Origin: a virus
IMG/VR virus record: IMGVR_UViG_3300045988_162556
Direction: 5' to 3' (one strand)
DNA: 58,533 bases
The notes beneath the pieces are model-generated. The model saw only the letters and a list, made by a program, of their open reading frames with translations. It made no database searches and had not been told where the DNA came from. Positions 10,087 through 19,420 of this stretch are shown here, in pieces (position 1 is the stretch's first letter; each line of letters begins with the position of its first letter). The position numbers and the translations under genes were made by a program.

Positions 10087-11028
10087 ATGGGTTCGGATAA
10101 AACTTATATTTTCGATGGAGGCGGCACGGGTGGCGGCCTTGACATCGCAGCTCTCGTCTCGTCCATGATGAGCAACAAGGGCATGGACCCCAACCTCGTA
10201 GCGGCACTCATGAACGGTAACAACAACCGCGGTTCGTGGGGCGGCGACGGGTGCTGGTGGATCTGGATCATCCTGCTCTTCTTCTGCTGGGGCGGTAACG
10301 GCTTCGGATTCGGAGGCAACGGCGCGAACGGTCTGCCTGCGCAGCTCAACGGTGACGCCGGACGTGAACTTCTCATGAACGCAATTCAAGGAAACGGCAC
10401 GGCGATCACTCAGCTGGCATCGTCGCTCAACTGCTCGACGCAGCAGATTCAGTCTACGCTGTGCAACATCCAAAGCACGCTGGGGATGTCGAGCCAGCAA
10501 ATCATCAATGCCGTGCAGTCTATGGGTTGTCAGATCGGCAATCAAATCGCCGCGTGTTGCTGTGATATGAAGCAGGCCATTAATGGCGTCAATGTGGGCA
10601 TGGAGCGCGGATTCAGTAGCGTTGCCTATGAAACACAACGTCAGACCTGTGATTTACAAAACACAATTCGCGAAACTTCTCAAAGCGGGACTACAGCGAT
10701 AATTTCCAAACTGGATCAAATGCAGGCAGCTGCATTGCAGGATAAAATTGATGCCCTGCGCGAGAAGAACAGCACTCTGACTACGCAGCTCAACCTCGAA
10801 CACCAAAACGCCTACATGGCCGGTGTTGTAGGACAGGCTGTAGCCCCCGTGAACGCCGCTGTAGCGGCTTTGCAGAATGACGTGAATAACATCAAGTGCA
10901 AGCTGCCCGAAACGGCTACTGTGCCCTATTCGCCTATTGTCGGTGTGCCTACGTGTATTGCCGCACAATATGGTCTCGGATATGGTGCAGGGTTTGGCTT
11001 TGGGGGGAACGGCGGATTTTGGGGATAA
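10087..11028 (+). CDS. Hypothetical Gly/aromatic-capped, Cys/Gln-rich protein
   Basis: 313 aa. GGNGFGFGGNG-type segments occur at both ends, with a WWIWIILLFFCW hydrophobic stretch and a Q/N/C-rich helical centre. Confidence 0.5.
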   Translation: MGSDKTYIFDGGGTGGGLDIAALVSSMMSNKGMDPNLVAALMNGNNNRGSWGGDGCWWIWIILLFFCWGGNGFGFGGNGANGLPAQLNGDAGRELLMNAIQGNGTAITQLASSLNCSTQQIQSTLCNIQSTLGMSSQQIINAVQSMGCQIGNQIAACCCDMKQAINGVNVGMERGFSSVAYETQRQTCDLQNTIRETSQSGTTAIISKLDQMQAAALQDKIDALREKNSTLTTQLNLEHQNAYMAGVVGQAVAPVNAAVAALQNDVNNIKCKLPETATVPYSPIVGVPTCIAAQYGLGYGAGFGFGGNGGFWG

Positions 11029-11064
11029 TGCTATTATTCGCCGATAGGTGAAATGTTCTTTGAC

Positions 11065-11682
11065 TTACTGATAAGGGGCTTCCCAATCCGAAAGCCAGCG
11101 CCAATGAAATCCTTTCAATGTGCGAGTTGGCTTTCGAATACATTCATATATTCCTCCGATGTGAAATCCGTGTAACTGATGGGCTTCGGATGCTGTTTTA
11201 TATTTTGCAACCAATATTCCATTTTTAATTTGAACAATTGGCTTTCTGTTTCTCTTGTTGGGTATTCTTCGTGCTTTTGCTGCACACTCTCTTGTGACAG
11301 GGTTAAGCATGTTCATTGAACGAGTGCACCAACGAAGATTATGTGCCACATTGTTCGTGCGGTTCCCATCTATATGGTCTACATATGCATAGTTATTAGG
11401 ATTGGGGATGAACGCTTTAGCAACAAGCCTATGGACTAATTCAGTCTTATCGACTCCGTGTAGGGATGTAAGTCTAACTCTCAAATATCCTCCCCTATTT
11501 GGGCGAGGAGTTAATATGCGAGGTTTAGTCATCCAACTATTGTTATTACCTCCGCTCACGCGATGGGATAGCGATGAAACTCTACCGTAATCAGATACCG
11601 CGAAATAGCCGAGCGTACCATCAATAATACGCCATTCTTCTCCTTCGAGAGCAATTCTCTCTATAAATTCCCGATTTGTCAT
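11065..11682 (-). CDS. HNH homing endonuclease (NUMOD4 + HNH_3 type)
   Basis: EEWRIIDGTLGYFAVSDYGRVSS (NUMOD4-like) and VDHIDGNRTNNVAHNLRW (HNH). A lone antisense gene in a plus-strand block. Start set at MTNREF (11682). Confidence 0.8.
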   Translation of the reverse strand: MTNREFIERIALEGEEWRIIDGTLGYFAVSDYGRVSSLSHRVSGGNNNSWMTKPRILTPRPNRGGYLRVRLTSLHGVDKTELVHRLVAKAFIPNPNNYAYVDHIDGNRTNNVAHNLRWCTRSMNMLNPVTRECAAKARRIPNKRNRKPIVQIKNGILVAKYKTASEAHQLHGFHIGGIYECIRKPTRTLKGFHWRWLSDWEAPYQ

Positions 11683-11809
11683 TGCCAAACAATTTAGTGG
11701 TGCCAAACGAGAAAAAGAGGGAAGGACGTTTGGCAAGCCCTTATCAGTTGGTCATGACTCCAACCTATCCCGATGTAAAATTAGTTATAATAACTTAAAT
11801 TACAAAAAT

Positions 11810-12151
11810 ATGGCAGTATTCCCATTTCAGTATGTTAACCGCAGGGGCATACCGGTACTAAAAACTACGGGCGTGACAGTGGAGACCACGGGTGTTGTGT
11901 TTTCCTTTCCCAACCACGCATTTGCAAATTCGTGGTACCGAGGACTCGTGCTGGTTGAGTTGGTACAGGAAGTCCCTGCCGGCACAACGGGAACGCTTCC
12001 CGTGCTGTTTGAAACCAACGGGCAAAATAAGAATCTGACGACGTACAACGGAGCAAATGTCACAGTATCGGATATTCCGGGTTCAGGGGTATACCAGATA
12101 TGGTATGACAAGCAGACCGATACTTTGCAATTGATGACCGGTGCCGTCTGA
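11810..12151 (+). CDS. Hypothetical protein
   Basis: 113-aa ORF with its own upstream AT-rich region. Confidence 0.5.
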   Translation: MAVFPFQYVNRRGIPVLKTTGVTVETTGVVFSFPNHAFANSWYRGLVLVELVQEVPAGTTGTLPVLFETNGQNKNLTTYNGANVTVSDIPGSGVYQIWYDKQTDTLQLMTGAV

Positions 12152-12226
12152 ATTAAAAAAACAATTAACAGAAAGAACGGGAGAAGGTAACTCCTTCTCC
12201 CTGACTTTCACAAATCATTAACCAAG

Positions 12227-12733
12227 ATGTTTCAGAACTTGAAAAAAGGCTCCTTAGTCTACGTCTTCGACAATCGCGAGCAGCCAAAGTTTTATACAGC
12301 GAATGTAAAAGATGTGTCGGCCCCGTACATTCCGCCCCAGAAACCGGGGCAGTTCTCGCCGATGCAGCAGTTCATCAATATCTCGATAGAGGGCAACGAG
12401 CCGTGGGGCGTCCCCATGCTGGCGGACATCGTTTCGAAAGACGGACTCACCGTAGCGACAACACGCGACGGGCTGAAGCCTACAATTATGGAGGCGCAGC
12501 AGATGAGCCGAGACATCGTAGAATCCTACGAAAAGCACAAAGCCAATCTGGAGATTTACGACTCGATCCTGATGCAGCTCGACCCCGAAGCTGCGCGCAC
12601 GAAAGAACTTGAGTCCGAAAATCGGGAATTACGCAGGATGATAGCTGATATGAACGAGCGCATAAGCAAAATACCGACGGCGGAAGAACTGAGGAGCCTT
12701 GTCAAGACTGAAGCACCTGCAAAAACTAAGTAA
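12227..12733 (+). CDS. Hypothetical protein with a C-terminal coiled coil
   Basis: 168-aa ORF. Confidence 0.5.
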   Translation: MFQNLKKGSLVYVFDNREQPKFYTANVKDVSAPYIPPQKPGQFSPMQQFINISIEGNEPWGVPMLADIVSKDGLTVATTRDGLKPTIMEAQQMSRDIVESYEKHKANLEIYDSILMQLDPEAARTKELESENRELRRMIADMNERISKIPTAEELRSLVKTEAPAKTK

Positions 12734-12735
12734 CT

Positions 12736-12993
12736 ATGGGTTGGAGAATCATAGGTGAAGGCCGAGGCGGATATGACGGCCACGAAGAGGAGATGGAGCG
12801 GGAGCTTCAGCGCGCTTACGAGGAAGGCTTCGAGGAAGGCCGGCGTGAAGGCCGCGGGGGCTACGGTGAGCGCGGAGGTTACGGCGAACGCCGGGACTAT
12901 GGCGGGGACATGGATGGCTACGACGGTGACGGATACGGCGAGCGCCGTGGCGTCAAGGGTACGGGTCGATACTCGCGTTATCGCAGGCGTTAA
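12736..12993 (+). CDS. Low-complexity G/Y/R/E/D-rich protein
   Basis: 85 aa with GGYGERGGYGERRDYGGDMDGYDGDGYGERRG. The alternative-frame ORF 12755..13030 is judged a shadow. Confidence 0.4.
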   Translation: MGWRIIGEGRGGYDGHEEEMERELQRAYEEGFEEGRREGRGGYGERGGYGERRDYGGDMDGYDGDGYGERRGVKGTGRYSRYRRR

Positions 12994-12998
12994 ACCGG

Positions 12999-13028
12999 CG
13001 GGAGGGGGCCGCAGGCTCCCTCCTTTTT
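12999..13028 (+). terminator. Rho-independent terminator
   Basis: GGAGGG...CCCTCC stem followed by TTTTT. Confidence 0.6.
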
Positions 13029-13041
13029 AATTCAGATTGAT

Positions 13042-13443
13042 ATGAACAGATTAGATACATATGATAACTTTCCGGCAGGATTCCGGGAGTATCTCGCAAA
13101 TTACGGATGGCACTTTTCAAAGAAGATGTGCGAATTCGCCGTATCCCATATGCGGGATCGAAACGGCAAGAAGATCGAACCCTACACCAAAGAGAAGGTC
13201 GATGCGCTGTTGAAGCAGTACGGCATCGAACTCAAGAAAGACAAGGGATACGACTGCGTATACGTATGCAACATGGCAATTTCTGATTATTTCGGATCGT
13301 CGATCCCCAATCAGCAGTACCTCGCCATGTTCATCAAAGACTTCATCGACGATGAAGACGCATACGACGGTATGCCTTTCACTCGCTACTACGCCGACAC
13401 TATTGGTTCCGGAACTCCCATACCTTGGGAAGAAATGATGTAA
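13042..13443 (+). CDS. Hypothetical protein
   Basis: 133-aa ORF. Confidence 0.5.
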   Translation: MNRLDTYDNFPAGFREYLANYGWHFSKKMCEFAVSHMRDRNGKKIEPYTKEKVDALLKQYGIELKKDKGYDCVYVCNMAISDYFGSSIPNQQYLAMFIKDFIDDEDAYDGMPFTRYYADTIGSGTPIPWEEMM

Positions 13444-13498
13444 GTCATGGAAGATATGCCGCAGCTAAGCGAATTCACAAACGAAAAAGGTGAAATCG

Positions 13499-13663
13499 AT
13501 GAAAAATATCGCAGCGCTCGTCCGTAACCTTCCGGGCGACAAGTATCAGGAGTTGGCGACAGCCGTAAACGACGTGCTGGACAACAAACGCTTCAACCGC
13601 AAGCAACGGAGACAACTGGCGCGCAACTGGCGCAAATACGGAGAACGGAAAGGCGAACAATGA
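13499..13663 (+). CDS. Small basic hypothetical protein (54 aa, below the track cutoff)
   Basis: Hand translation gives MKNIAALVRNLPGDKYQELATAVNDVLDNKRFNRKQRRQLARNWRKYGERKGEQ. Its stop overlaps the next ATG (ATGA). Confidence 0.45.
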   Translation: MKNIAALVRNLPGDKYQELATAVNDVLDNKRFNRKQRRQLARNWRKYGERKGEQ

Positions 13664-14076
13664 AAATAAGGGATTTGAATATAGATGCCTACGACTGGAA
13701 TGTGAGGGTGTATTTCGCCGTCACATGCTATCATACAGACTCTATAATCAAGTCCCTTAACGACATACAATGTCCAGCTGAATTAATGGATCATATCCGC
13801 GACAATCTGCTGAAGTGCGATATGGACACCGGTTTCACCTATTCCAACAAAAAGCTCAGGCGCACGGTGATGATCGTGGGGCTGGCGTCATCGCCAGCCG
13901 AGTTCCTGAACTCTTTTGAACACGAACTGAGACATCTGGTCGATGATATTGCTTCGACGCATAGTATGGATATGGCCGGCGAAGAGGTTGCATATCTGAC
14001 CGGCGACATAAATACCGCTCTATGGTCGGATATACACCGATTCACCTGCTGCAAATGTGATAAACATGGAAGATGA
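13660..14076 (+). CDS. Hypothetical protein with an HExxH motif
   Basis: 138 aa. FEHELRHL contains HELRH, a possible zinc metallopeptidase signature. Confidence 0.45.
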   Translation: MKIRDLNIDAYDWNVRVYFAVTCYHTDSIIKSLNDIQCPAELMDHIRDNLLKCDMDTGFTYSNKKLRRTVMIVGLASSPAEFLNSFEHELRHLVDDIASTHSMDMAGEEVAYLTGDINTALWSDIHRFTCCKCDKHGR

Positions 14077-14170
14077 CAACATGAAATACTGGCTGGCGAT
14101 GCTTGAAGTAAGCGAATGTTCGGCGCCCTTATTCGCCGCAGTCATATGCAAGTTGATGGATACGATTTAA

Positions 14171-15502
14171 CTATTCAAGAAGTTTTACAAGATCGGTCTT
14201 CATCTCTTCGTCTATGTCCCTATAGCGGGCAAATGCCTTACTGCCTTCAGTATGCCCAGATAGGGACCCTACAAGGTTCGGGTCCTTGACTTTCTTATAC
14301 AGGTTGCCGATAAAAGTTCGGCGAGCCATATGAGAGGAGGCTACTTGATAAAGCGGCTTCTGTTCGGGTTCACGAGTAATCGGATTGAGCACATTTACCA
14401 TCCGTTTAAGGCCCGCAGCAAGAAAGCATTTTTTAATCGCTTCATTATATTTCTGCTCTGAAATAAACGGCAACAACATCTCATGCTCGGATGATTCATA
14501 TTTTTTTATGATATCCTGAGCAATATTGTTCAGAGGTACACGCACCGTTACCGGATGCCCTTCTTTGGTTTTACGCGGAATATACTCCACAGCGCCCTTT
14601 ACTACATTATTGCGCTTCAGTCCAAGCAAATCCCCTACCCTACATCCAATCAAGCACTGAAATATAAATATATCTCGCTGGACAGCCAGCTTATGATGAC
14701 GGGATAGATTTGTATTATACAGCTTGTTCCGTTCGGCAATTGTAATGTAAATAGGCGTTCCATAGACAGCCTGCTTTATCTCTTTCTTACGGAAGGGATT
14801 GGAGGGTATAAGATCATTATTTGCGGCCCAATTTAAAAAGGCGCGCAACAAGATCATTTTGCTGGCAACAGTATTATGCCCGCGCTGCTGCGGCATTCTT
14901 GAATCCGGAACCAACGTATATATATGGGGATAATCCTCGCATATCTCGTATTCTCTGCGATAAAAGTCCTCAAAGTCATCCAGCATTTCAGGAGTGAACG
15001 TTAATAGGGAGAGTGTGAAATTTCGATCAGAAATCCTCTTATATAATTCGTAACGCTTAAGTACTCGTATAAGCACGTTAAATGCCATTATGCGACGCTC
15101 GGAAAAGTTCTTTTTCGAGATATAGCTTTCGAAACAAGCCCATATATCCTTATCCTGCGACATACCCACCGAGTAGGGTGTAATAACATCACGGAGCCAA
15201 CTCACAGGCAACCCCATCTTCCCCGCCCCGCCATCGATAAAAGACTGCATGACAAAAGAGGTTAATGCCGATAATTTAGCATGGGCCTCATTTGCTTGTT
15301 CGACAATATCCTGCCGGGCTGGCGACATCATCCTATAGCGGGGAATCAAGATTGATTGCGTCTTCTCGTTCCAATATTCAGGCAGAACATATATGCCGGT
15401 CTTGGCACGTTGGTTGAAACGTCCATGAGTAAACCGAATCAGCACCTCGTGTAAACCGCATGAATTTTCCTTAGCCGAGAGGGAGTAGTAGATTGTCGCC
15501 AT
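14171..15502 (-). CDS. int: Tyrosine integrase (Bacteroidota phage/CTn type)
   Basis: 443 aa. The C-terminal catalytic region reads SSHMARRTF...GHTEGSKAFARYRDI (H-x-x-R, H, Y), with a long N-terminal arm/SAM-like region. Convergent with the plus-strand cargo genes. Confidence 0.88.
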   Translation of the reverse strand: MATIYYSLSAKENSCGLHEVLIRFTHGRFNQRAKTGIYVLPEYWNEKTQSILIPRYRMMSPARQDIVEQANEAHAKLSALTSFVMQSFIDGGAGKMGLPVSWLRDVITPYSVGMSQDKDIWACFESYISKKNFSERRIMAFNVLIRVLKRYELYKRISDRNFTLSLLTFTPEMLDDFEDFYRREYEICEDYPHIYTLVPDSRMPQQRGHNTVASKMILLRAFLNWAANNDLIPSNPFRKKEIKQAVYGTPIYITIAERNKLYNTNLSRHHKLAVQRDIFIFQCLIGCRVGDLLGLKRNNVVKGAVEYIPRKTKEGHPVTVRVPLNNIAQDIIKKYESSEHEMLLPFISEQKYNEAIKKCFLAAGLKRMVNVLNPITREPEQKPLYQVASSHMARRTFIGNLYKKVKDPNLVGSLSGHTEGSKAFARYRDIDEEMKTDLVKLLE

Positions 15503-15817
15503 AATTAGTTACATTTGCACAAATGCAAATATAACTAACCATATATAACTTCAAGAATTTTTGGCGACTTTTTGGCGACTTAGGTTTTATCTGATGATAT
15601 TTCGGTCGTTTCATGCCATCAACAAAAACGCCATTCTATAGTATTGAGAGCAGATTTTGTTACTCTATGTTATCTCGATGATTTCATAAGATAACATTTC
15701 CTTTAGTCCCGTCGGGACTACAACTTAAAATAAGCAATCATCTGATTTATAGATGGTTGCTATTTTTATTGTTGATATTTTCGGCGTGTTTTTGGCGATA
15801 TAATACCCGTTTAACAT
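15503..15817. promoter_or_regulatory. int-xis intergenic region: int promoter, operator-like palindrome and candidate attP with arm-type repeats
   Basis: Minus-strand -7 box TATATTTG at 15526..15533. Perfect inverted repeat TTTGCA-N4-TGCAAA at 15514..15529. Tandem 11-bp TTTTTGGCGAC x2 at 15558..15579 plus TTTGGCGAT at 15791. Palindrome AGTCCCG-T-CGGGACT near 15706. Confidence 0.5.
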
Positions 15818-16162
15818 TTACTTACCCAAACTTCGTGATCGGCCTTGTGCTTTGATTGCGTCCACTTCATTACGCAAATATAGCACTTTTCGTCCTATTC
15901 TTATCGGATTTAGACACTTTTCTTTCTCCCACCTATGTAATGTCGGATAGGATACCCTCAAAATTCCAGAAGTCTCCTCGCGGGTGTAATATTCCATCTT
16001 ATCCCCCATAGCAGCCTTGACAGCACTAAAGGTTTTTTCGGCTATACTATTACCTGTTTCCTGAATGAGTGCATTCGCAAAGGTACGCAAATCAGATGCA
16101 CGAACCAAGAACATCGCATCCGCTTGCCGATCTTGCATGACTTGCATAAGTATACTATCCAT
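15818..16162 (-). CDS. Excisionase-like HTH DNA-binding protein
   Basis: The C-terminal YYTREETSGILRVSYPTLHRWEKEKCLNPIRIGRKVLY is MerR/excisionase-type HTH. The gene is adjacent to int. Confidence 0.6.
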   Translation of the reverse strand: MDSILMQVMQDRQADAMFLVRASDLRTFANALIQETGNSIAEKTFSAVKAAMGDKMEYYTREETSGILRVSYPTLHRWEKEKCLNPIRIGRKVLYLRNEVDAIKAQGRSRSLGK

Positions 16163-16168
16163 ATCCTA

Positions 16169-16411
16169 TTAAATAAAAGGCAGCTTCTGCTGCCATCCGT
16201 CGATATATTTTCTGATTACCTTTTTTATCCCACGCCATAATATCGGCTGAGATTTATGACACTTGAAGCGATAAGAAAATGAGTGATTAAAATGGACCCC
16301 AAATTCTTTATCTTTGACGATAATTGATTCTAACAACTCGATCCTGCTGAAATCTATATTAACCTCCGATTCATCGCGTGCCCCACCTTTTCTTTTTTTC
16401 TTGATCCCCAT
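16169..16411 (-). CDS. Hypothetical protein
   Basis: 80-aa ORF, last gene of the leftward operon. Confidence 0.4.
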   Translation of the reverse strand: MGIKKKRKGGARDESEVNIDFSRIELLESIIVKDKEFGVHFNHSFSYRFKCHKSQPILWRGIKKVIRKYIDGWQQKLPFI

Positions 16412-16480
16412 TGCACATCCCGAATTTAATCACTACCTTTATCCTGCGTGTAGGGGTGATCTTTCGGGATTGCCTCTTTT

Positions 16481-16978
16481 TTATTTCTTCTCCAGCTCTG
16501 CCAGGAGAGCGTCGGCAAGGGTAATCGTAGAACGAGCAATTGCTACATCAGCCGGCATGTCCTTGTATTCGTCTTTAACCTTCGCACCAGTAGTAATAGC
16601 AGCATGGAATACGACCGGCATTATTTGCCCGGCATACACCCGCCGCCAGTACTCCCGGTCAACTGGTAAGGATTCCTTACAAGTTGGGTTATCAACTGTC
16701 AACTTTTCTTTGACAGTTGGCCCGTACTCTCCCCGCGCCAGCTTCTCGGCGTAGTCGTCGTCACGCATCATAAGGTCATTTAGGGTCGTCGTATCAGGTA
16801 TTAGTAGCCCCTCTAAGCTATAAAGCTCAACATGTTCATACTCACCCGCATCCAATAAGGCTATTATCCTGCTATGGGGCTCACCCCGGCGGTCATCACA
16901 TATAATTCTTGCGTTTCTCCCACTCCTCGTGCACACCGGCGCGCCTGCTTTGGCGGCCGCTAAGTCAAATGGTTTCAT
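16481..16978 (-). CDS. Hypothetical protein
   Basis: Start set at MKPFDL (16978), which forms an ATGA overlap with the upstream stop. Confidence 0.5.
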   Translation of the reverse strand: MKPFDLAAAKAGAPVCTRSGRNARIICDDRRGEPHSRIIALLDAGEYEHVELYSLEGLLIPDTTTLNDLMMRDDDYAEKLARGEYGPTVKEKLTVDNPTCKESLPVDREYWRRVYAGQIMPVVFHAAITTGAKVKDEYKDMPADVAIARSTITLADALLAELEKK

Positions 16979-17286
16979 TGTCTCAGTTCTAAATAATCCT
17001 TCAAAAGTAGTAATCCAGCAAAGGCAGCCACGAACCATCCAGTGGCGGCCGGCCAATTTCCATCAACGACGCCCATAATGCAATTAAGCACCGAGCAAAT
17101 GATGGAGACAATAAAAAGTATTTTCATTCCCTTCATGTTTGTTGTTTTATCTTGATTTTGCGAGAATCTCGCTATTTTTTCAGAACGGAGAGTCGCAGTC
17201 TTTGCAAACCCCTCGGAATCTAAAGAACTCGTAATAACGCCCCAATATGCACACGGACAAATATCTTCGATACATATTGCGTCCAC
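16975..17286 (-). CDS. Small membrane protein (start uncertain)
   Basis: The C-terminal half MKGMKILFIVSIICSVLNCIMGVV...WFVAAFAGLLLL gives two TM helices. Confidence 0.4.
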   Translation of the reverse strand: MDAICIEDICPCAYWGVITSSLDSEGFAKTATLRSEKIARFSQNQDKTTNMKGMKILFIVSIICSVLNCIMGVVDGNWPAATGWFVAAFAGLLLLKDYLELRQ

Positions 17287-17338
17287 AGCTATTACACCCG
17301 CATCCCTGTATTCGTATTCTAAATATCGTCATAGCTCG

Positions 17339-17917
17339 CTATTTCACCAATTCAAATTCGTAAACCACGACCCACGGATTCGATTTCCACGTACCCCGGC
17401 CGTAAACCTTGTCAATCAGCGAGGCGAAGGCTTCGCGGGGAGTGTCTTTTAAAATGTCTCCTATTACAAAGTGGGTTGGATGTATGGGGAAATTTTTTGG
17501 AAAGTTCGGCGTAAATTGCCTGATCCCTTCCCGTAAACACTCCTCGTCCGAAATATCCTGCAACCGCTCGCAGCGGATTCCCGTGATGCGGATTTGGTGG
17601 GGCATCAGGTCGGCGCTAACGTACATTTTATTGCGCCAACCTTTGTGCGTTGAAATAATCTGATATCCATCGATTTCGGGACGCGAGAGGTAAGCCCAAG
17701 ACTGGATGCCTGCCTGTTCGTAACTTTGCGCCACGGCCACGACCTCGCCGACCCCGTATTTCGGCAATATCACATCCCCATTATTCCTTTTTGCCCATCC
17801 GAAGTTGTCAGATAAAAAGTCCGGTTGCGGAATTATTATCCGTCGCGTCATGGTCTTTCGACCCTCGATAACCGCCTGCGTCAGTCCGTATCGGTCGTTA
17901 AACATAATCTTCTGCAT
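17339..17917 (-). CDS. ASCH domain protein
   Basis: The N-terminus MFNDRYGLTQAVIEGRKTMTRRI is typical of ASCH/PUA-like domains. Confidence 0.6.
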   Translation of the reverse strand: MQKIMFNDRYGLTQAVIEGRKTMTRRIIIPQPDFLSDNFGWAKRNNGDVILPKYGVGEVVAVAQSYEQAGIQSWAYLSRPEIDGYQIISTHKGWRNKMYVSADLMPHQIRITGIRCERLQDISDEECLREGIRQFTPNFPKNFPIHPTHFVIGDILKDTPREAFASLIDKVYGRGTWKSNPWVVVYEFELVK

Positions 17918-17919
17918 GG

Positions 17920-18390
17920 CTATTCTTGTTTTATGTTGTTCAGTCTTTCTATAGCCACTCTCAGATGCAATTCCGCATCACGAATGTCACGCTGCAATTC
18001 CTCCAGCCGGGCTATTTGCTCTTCGTCCAGCCGCGGACATCCCCGCAGCCAGCTGTCGTAGTTCGGGATTTCTAATTCGCCGTTGGCGATTGCCCCAACA
18101 CGCATACAGTAGTCATAGTACTTGATGTATTCCTCCTCCGGAGCGTCCCGGTCGATGTCCGTCAACATATCGGCCATACTCACGAATAGATCGCCGACTT
18201 CTGCAATTCCTCCGGGGTCGTTGCCTACCCACGCAGCCGGATCATAGTCGTAGCCGTGCTTTTCGCAGAAAGCAGCCTGATAGGCGTTGCAGGCCGCATT
18301 GTAATTCAGTCTCAGTTCCTCGCGTGACATTCCATTTGCCGTGAATGCCTTGCTTTCCCTTTCTGCGATTATCTCAATTCCTGTTTTCAT
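17920..18390 (-). CDS. Hypothetical protein
   Basis: 156-aa ORF, tightly packed in the operon. Confidence 0.5.
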   Translation of the reverse strand: MKTGIEIIAERESKAFTANGMSREELRLNYNAACNAYQAAFCEKHGYDYDPAAWVGNDPGGIAEVGDLFVSMADMLTDIDRDAPEEEYIKYYDYCMRVGAIANGELEIPNYDSWLRGCPRLDEEQIARLEELQRDIRDAELHLRVAIERLNNIKQE

Positions 18391-18526
18391 GGGATTCTAT
18401 TTCTTTTTTGAGTTCTTTGATTGATTTTCTGACCCGTTCGTGCATCTCCACGGCGCGATACCCAAGCAAAACAGTGGCAATTCCGAGGATTAAAAGCAGC
18501 ACCCACGCTATAATTTCAGTCTTCAT
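18374..18526 (-). CDS. Small single-TM protein (50 aa, below the track cutoff)
   Basis: Hand translation gives MKTEIIAWVLLLILGIATVLLGYRAVEMHERVRKSIKELKKEIESHENRN. ATGA overlap with the upstream gene. Confidence 0.4.
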   Translation of the reverse strand: MKTEIIAWVLLLILGIATVLLGYRAVEMHERVRKSIKELKKEIESHENRN

Positions 18527-18699
18527 TTTCTCTTCCGTTTTAGCTCCGAAACGCGGCGGAGTACGTAATTGCGTTTTTCATCCTCGTAGTGTATAATCAC
18601 TATCAGCGCCTCATAAAGGGAGGAGTAGGTATGATATGCCGGGGAAGGTGTATTTTTCCTTGCCTCCTTCCTCAGTCGGCGCAGTAGTTTGGTTTTCAT
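18523..18699 (-). CDS. Small basic protein (58 aa, below the track cutoff)
   Basis: Hand translation gives MKTKLLRRLRKEARKNTPSPAYHTYSSLYEALIVIIHYEDEKRNYVLRRVSELKRKRK. ATGA overlaps at both ends. Confidence 0.4.
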   Translation of the reverse strand: MKTKLLRRLRKEARKNTPSPAYHTYSSLYEALIVIIHYEDEKRNYVLRRVSELKRKRK

Positions 18700-19253
18700 G
18701 CCTCATAGGGGTTTGTGGGTAAATCGTGAACGCTGACGGCCAGCCCGGCCAGAATCAGGCCGCGGTAGTCGAGGTGCAGGCGGTGGAGTAAATCATACAA
18801 TTTGTAAGGATGTGATATAGCGCATACCTCCGAGCTGCTGAGGGAAGAAGTTCGTATAAATGTTTTCCAGTCGTGGTCCCATAAAAACCAGTCTTTCCAT
18901 TCGCAGGAATACATTCGTTTGTCTTCCTGTTCGAATACCCATCGAGCACTTTCCTGCCCCTCGACTATATTCGCCAGCTCAGAGATCGGGATAAACGGTT
19001 TTCCGTCGTTGTAATCCCGCTCGGTGATCTTCACAAACAGATCGGACATCGGACGAAGGATCGGGGATGCCATAACCAACTCTTCCGAATACTTCTCACC
19101 GGAAATCATTTCAACTTTTTCTTCCCCATTCCAGTCGCAACACGCTGCACTCTGCCACTCCCATACGGTGGTCATTCCGCGCTTTCTGTTTAATAATTTA
19201 AGCCCATACGGCAGATACCCCGCGATGTCGGTTAGTGTAAGTTCTCGTTTCAT
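18696..19253 (-). CDS. Hypothetical protein
   Basis: 185-aa ORF. Confidence 0.5.
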   Translation of the reverse strand: MKRELTLTDIAGYLPYGLKLLNRKRGMTTVWEWQSAACCDWNGEEKVEMISGEKYSEELVMASPILRPMSDLFVKITERDYNDGKPFIPISELANIVEGQESARWVFEQEDKRMYSCEWKDWFLWDHDWKTFIRTSSLSSSEVCAISHPYKLYDLLHRLHLDYRGLILAGLAVSVHDLPTNPYEA

Positions 19254-19411
19254 GCGTCTATGGTTATTTGCTCTGATTTTTTGTTAATGGTTGACTCTGT
19301 TATATCAAAATCAAGTATATATTCTACGCCATCTTCAAGGATGCACACACTAATGTCGCACGCCTCCCAGTCATTATCTACCGCCCAGTCGTAAAGTTCT
19401 TTCGGTGTCAT
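19250..19411 (-). CDS. Small acidic protein (53 aa, below the track cutoff)
   Basis: Hand translation gives MTPKELYDWAVDNDWEACDISVCILEDGVEYILDFDITESTINKKSEQITIDA. ATGA overlap with the 19253 start. Confidence 0.4.
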   Translation of the reverse strand: MTPKELYDWAVDNDWEACDISVCILEDGVEYILDFDITESTINKKSEQITIDA

Positions 19412-19420
19412 ATCTCTGTC

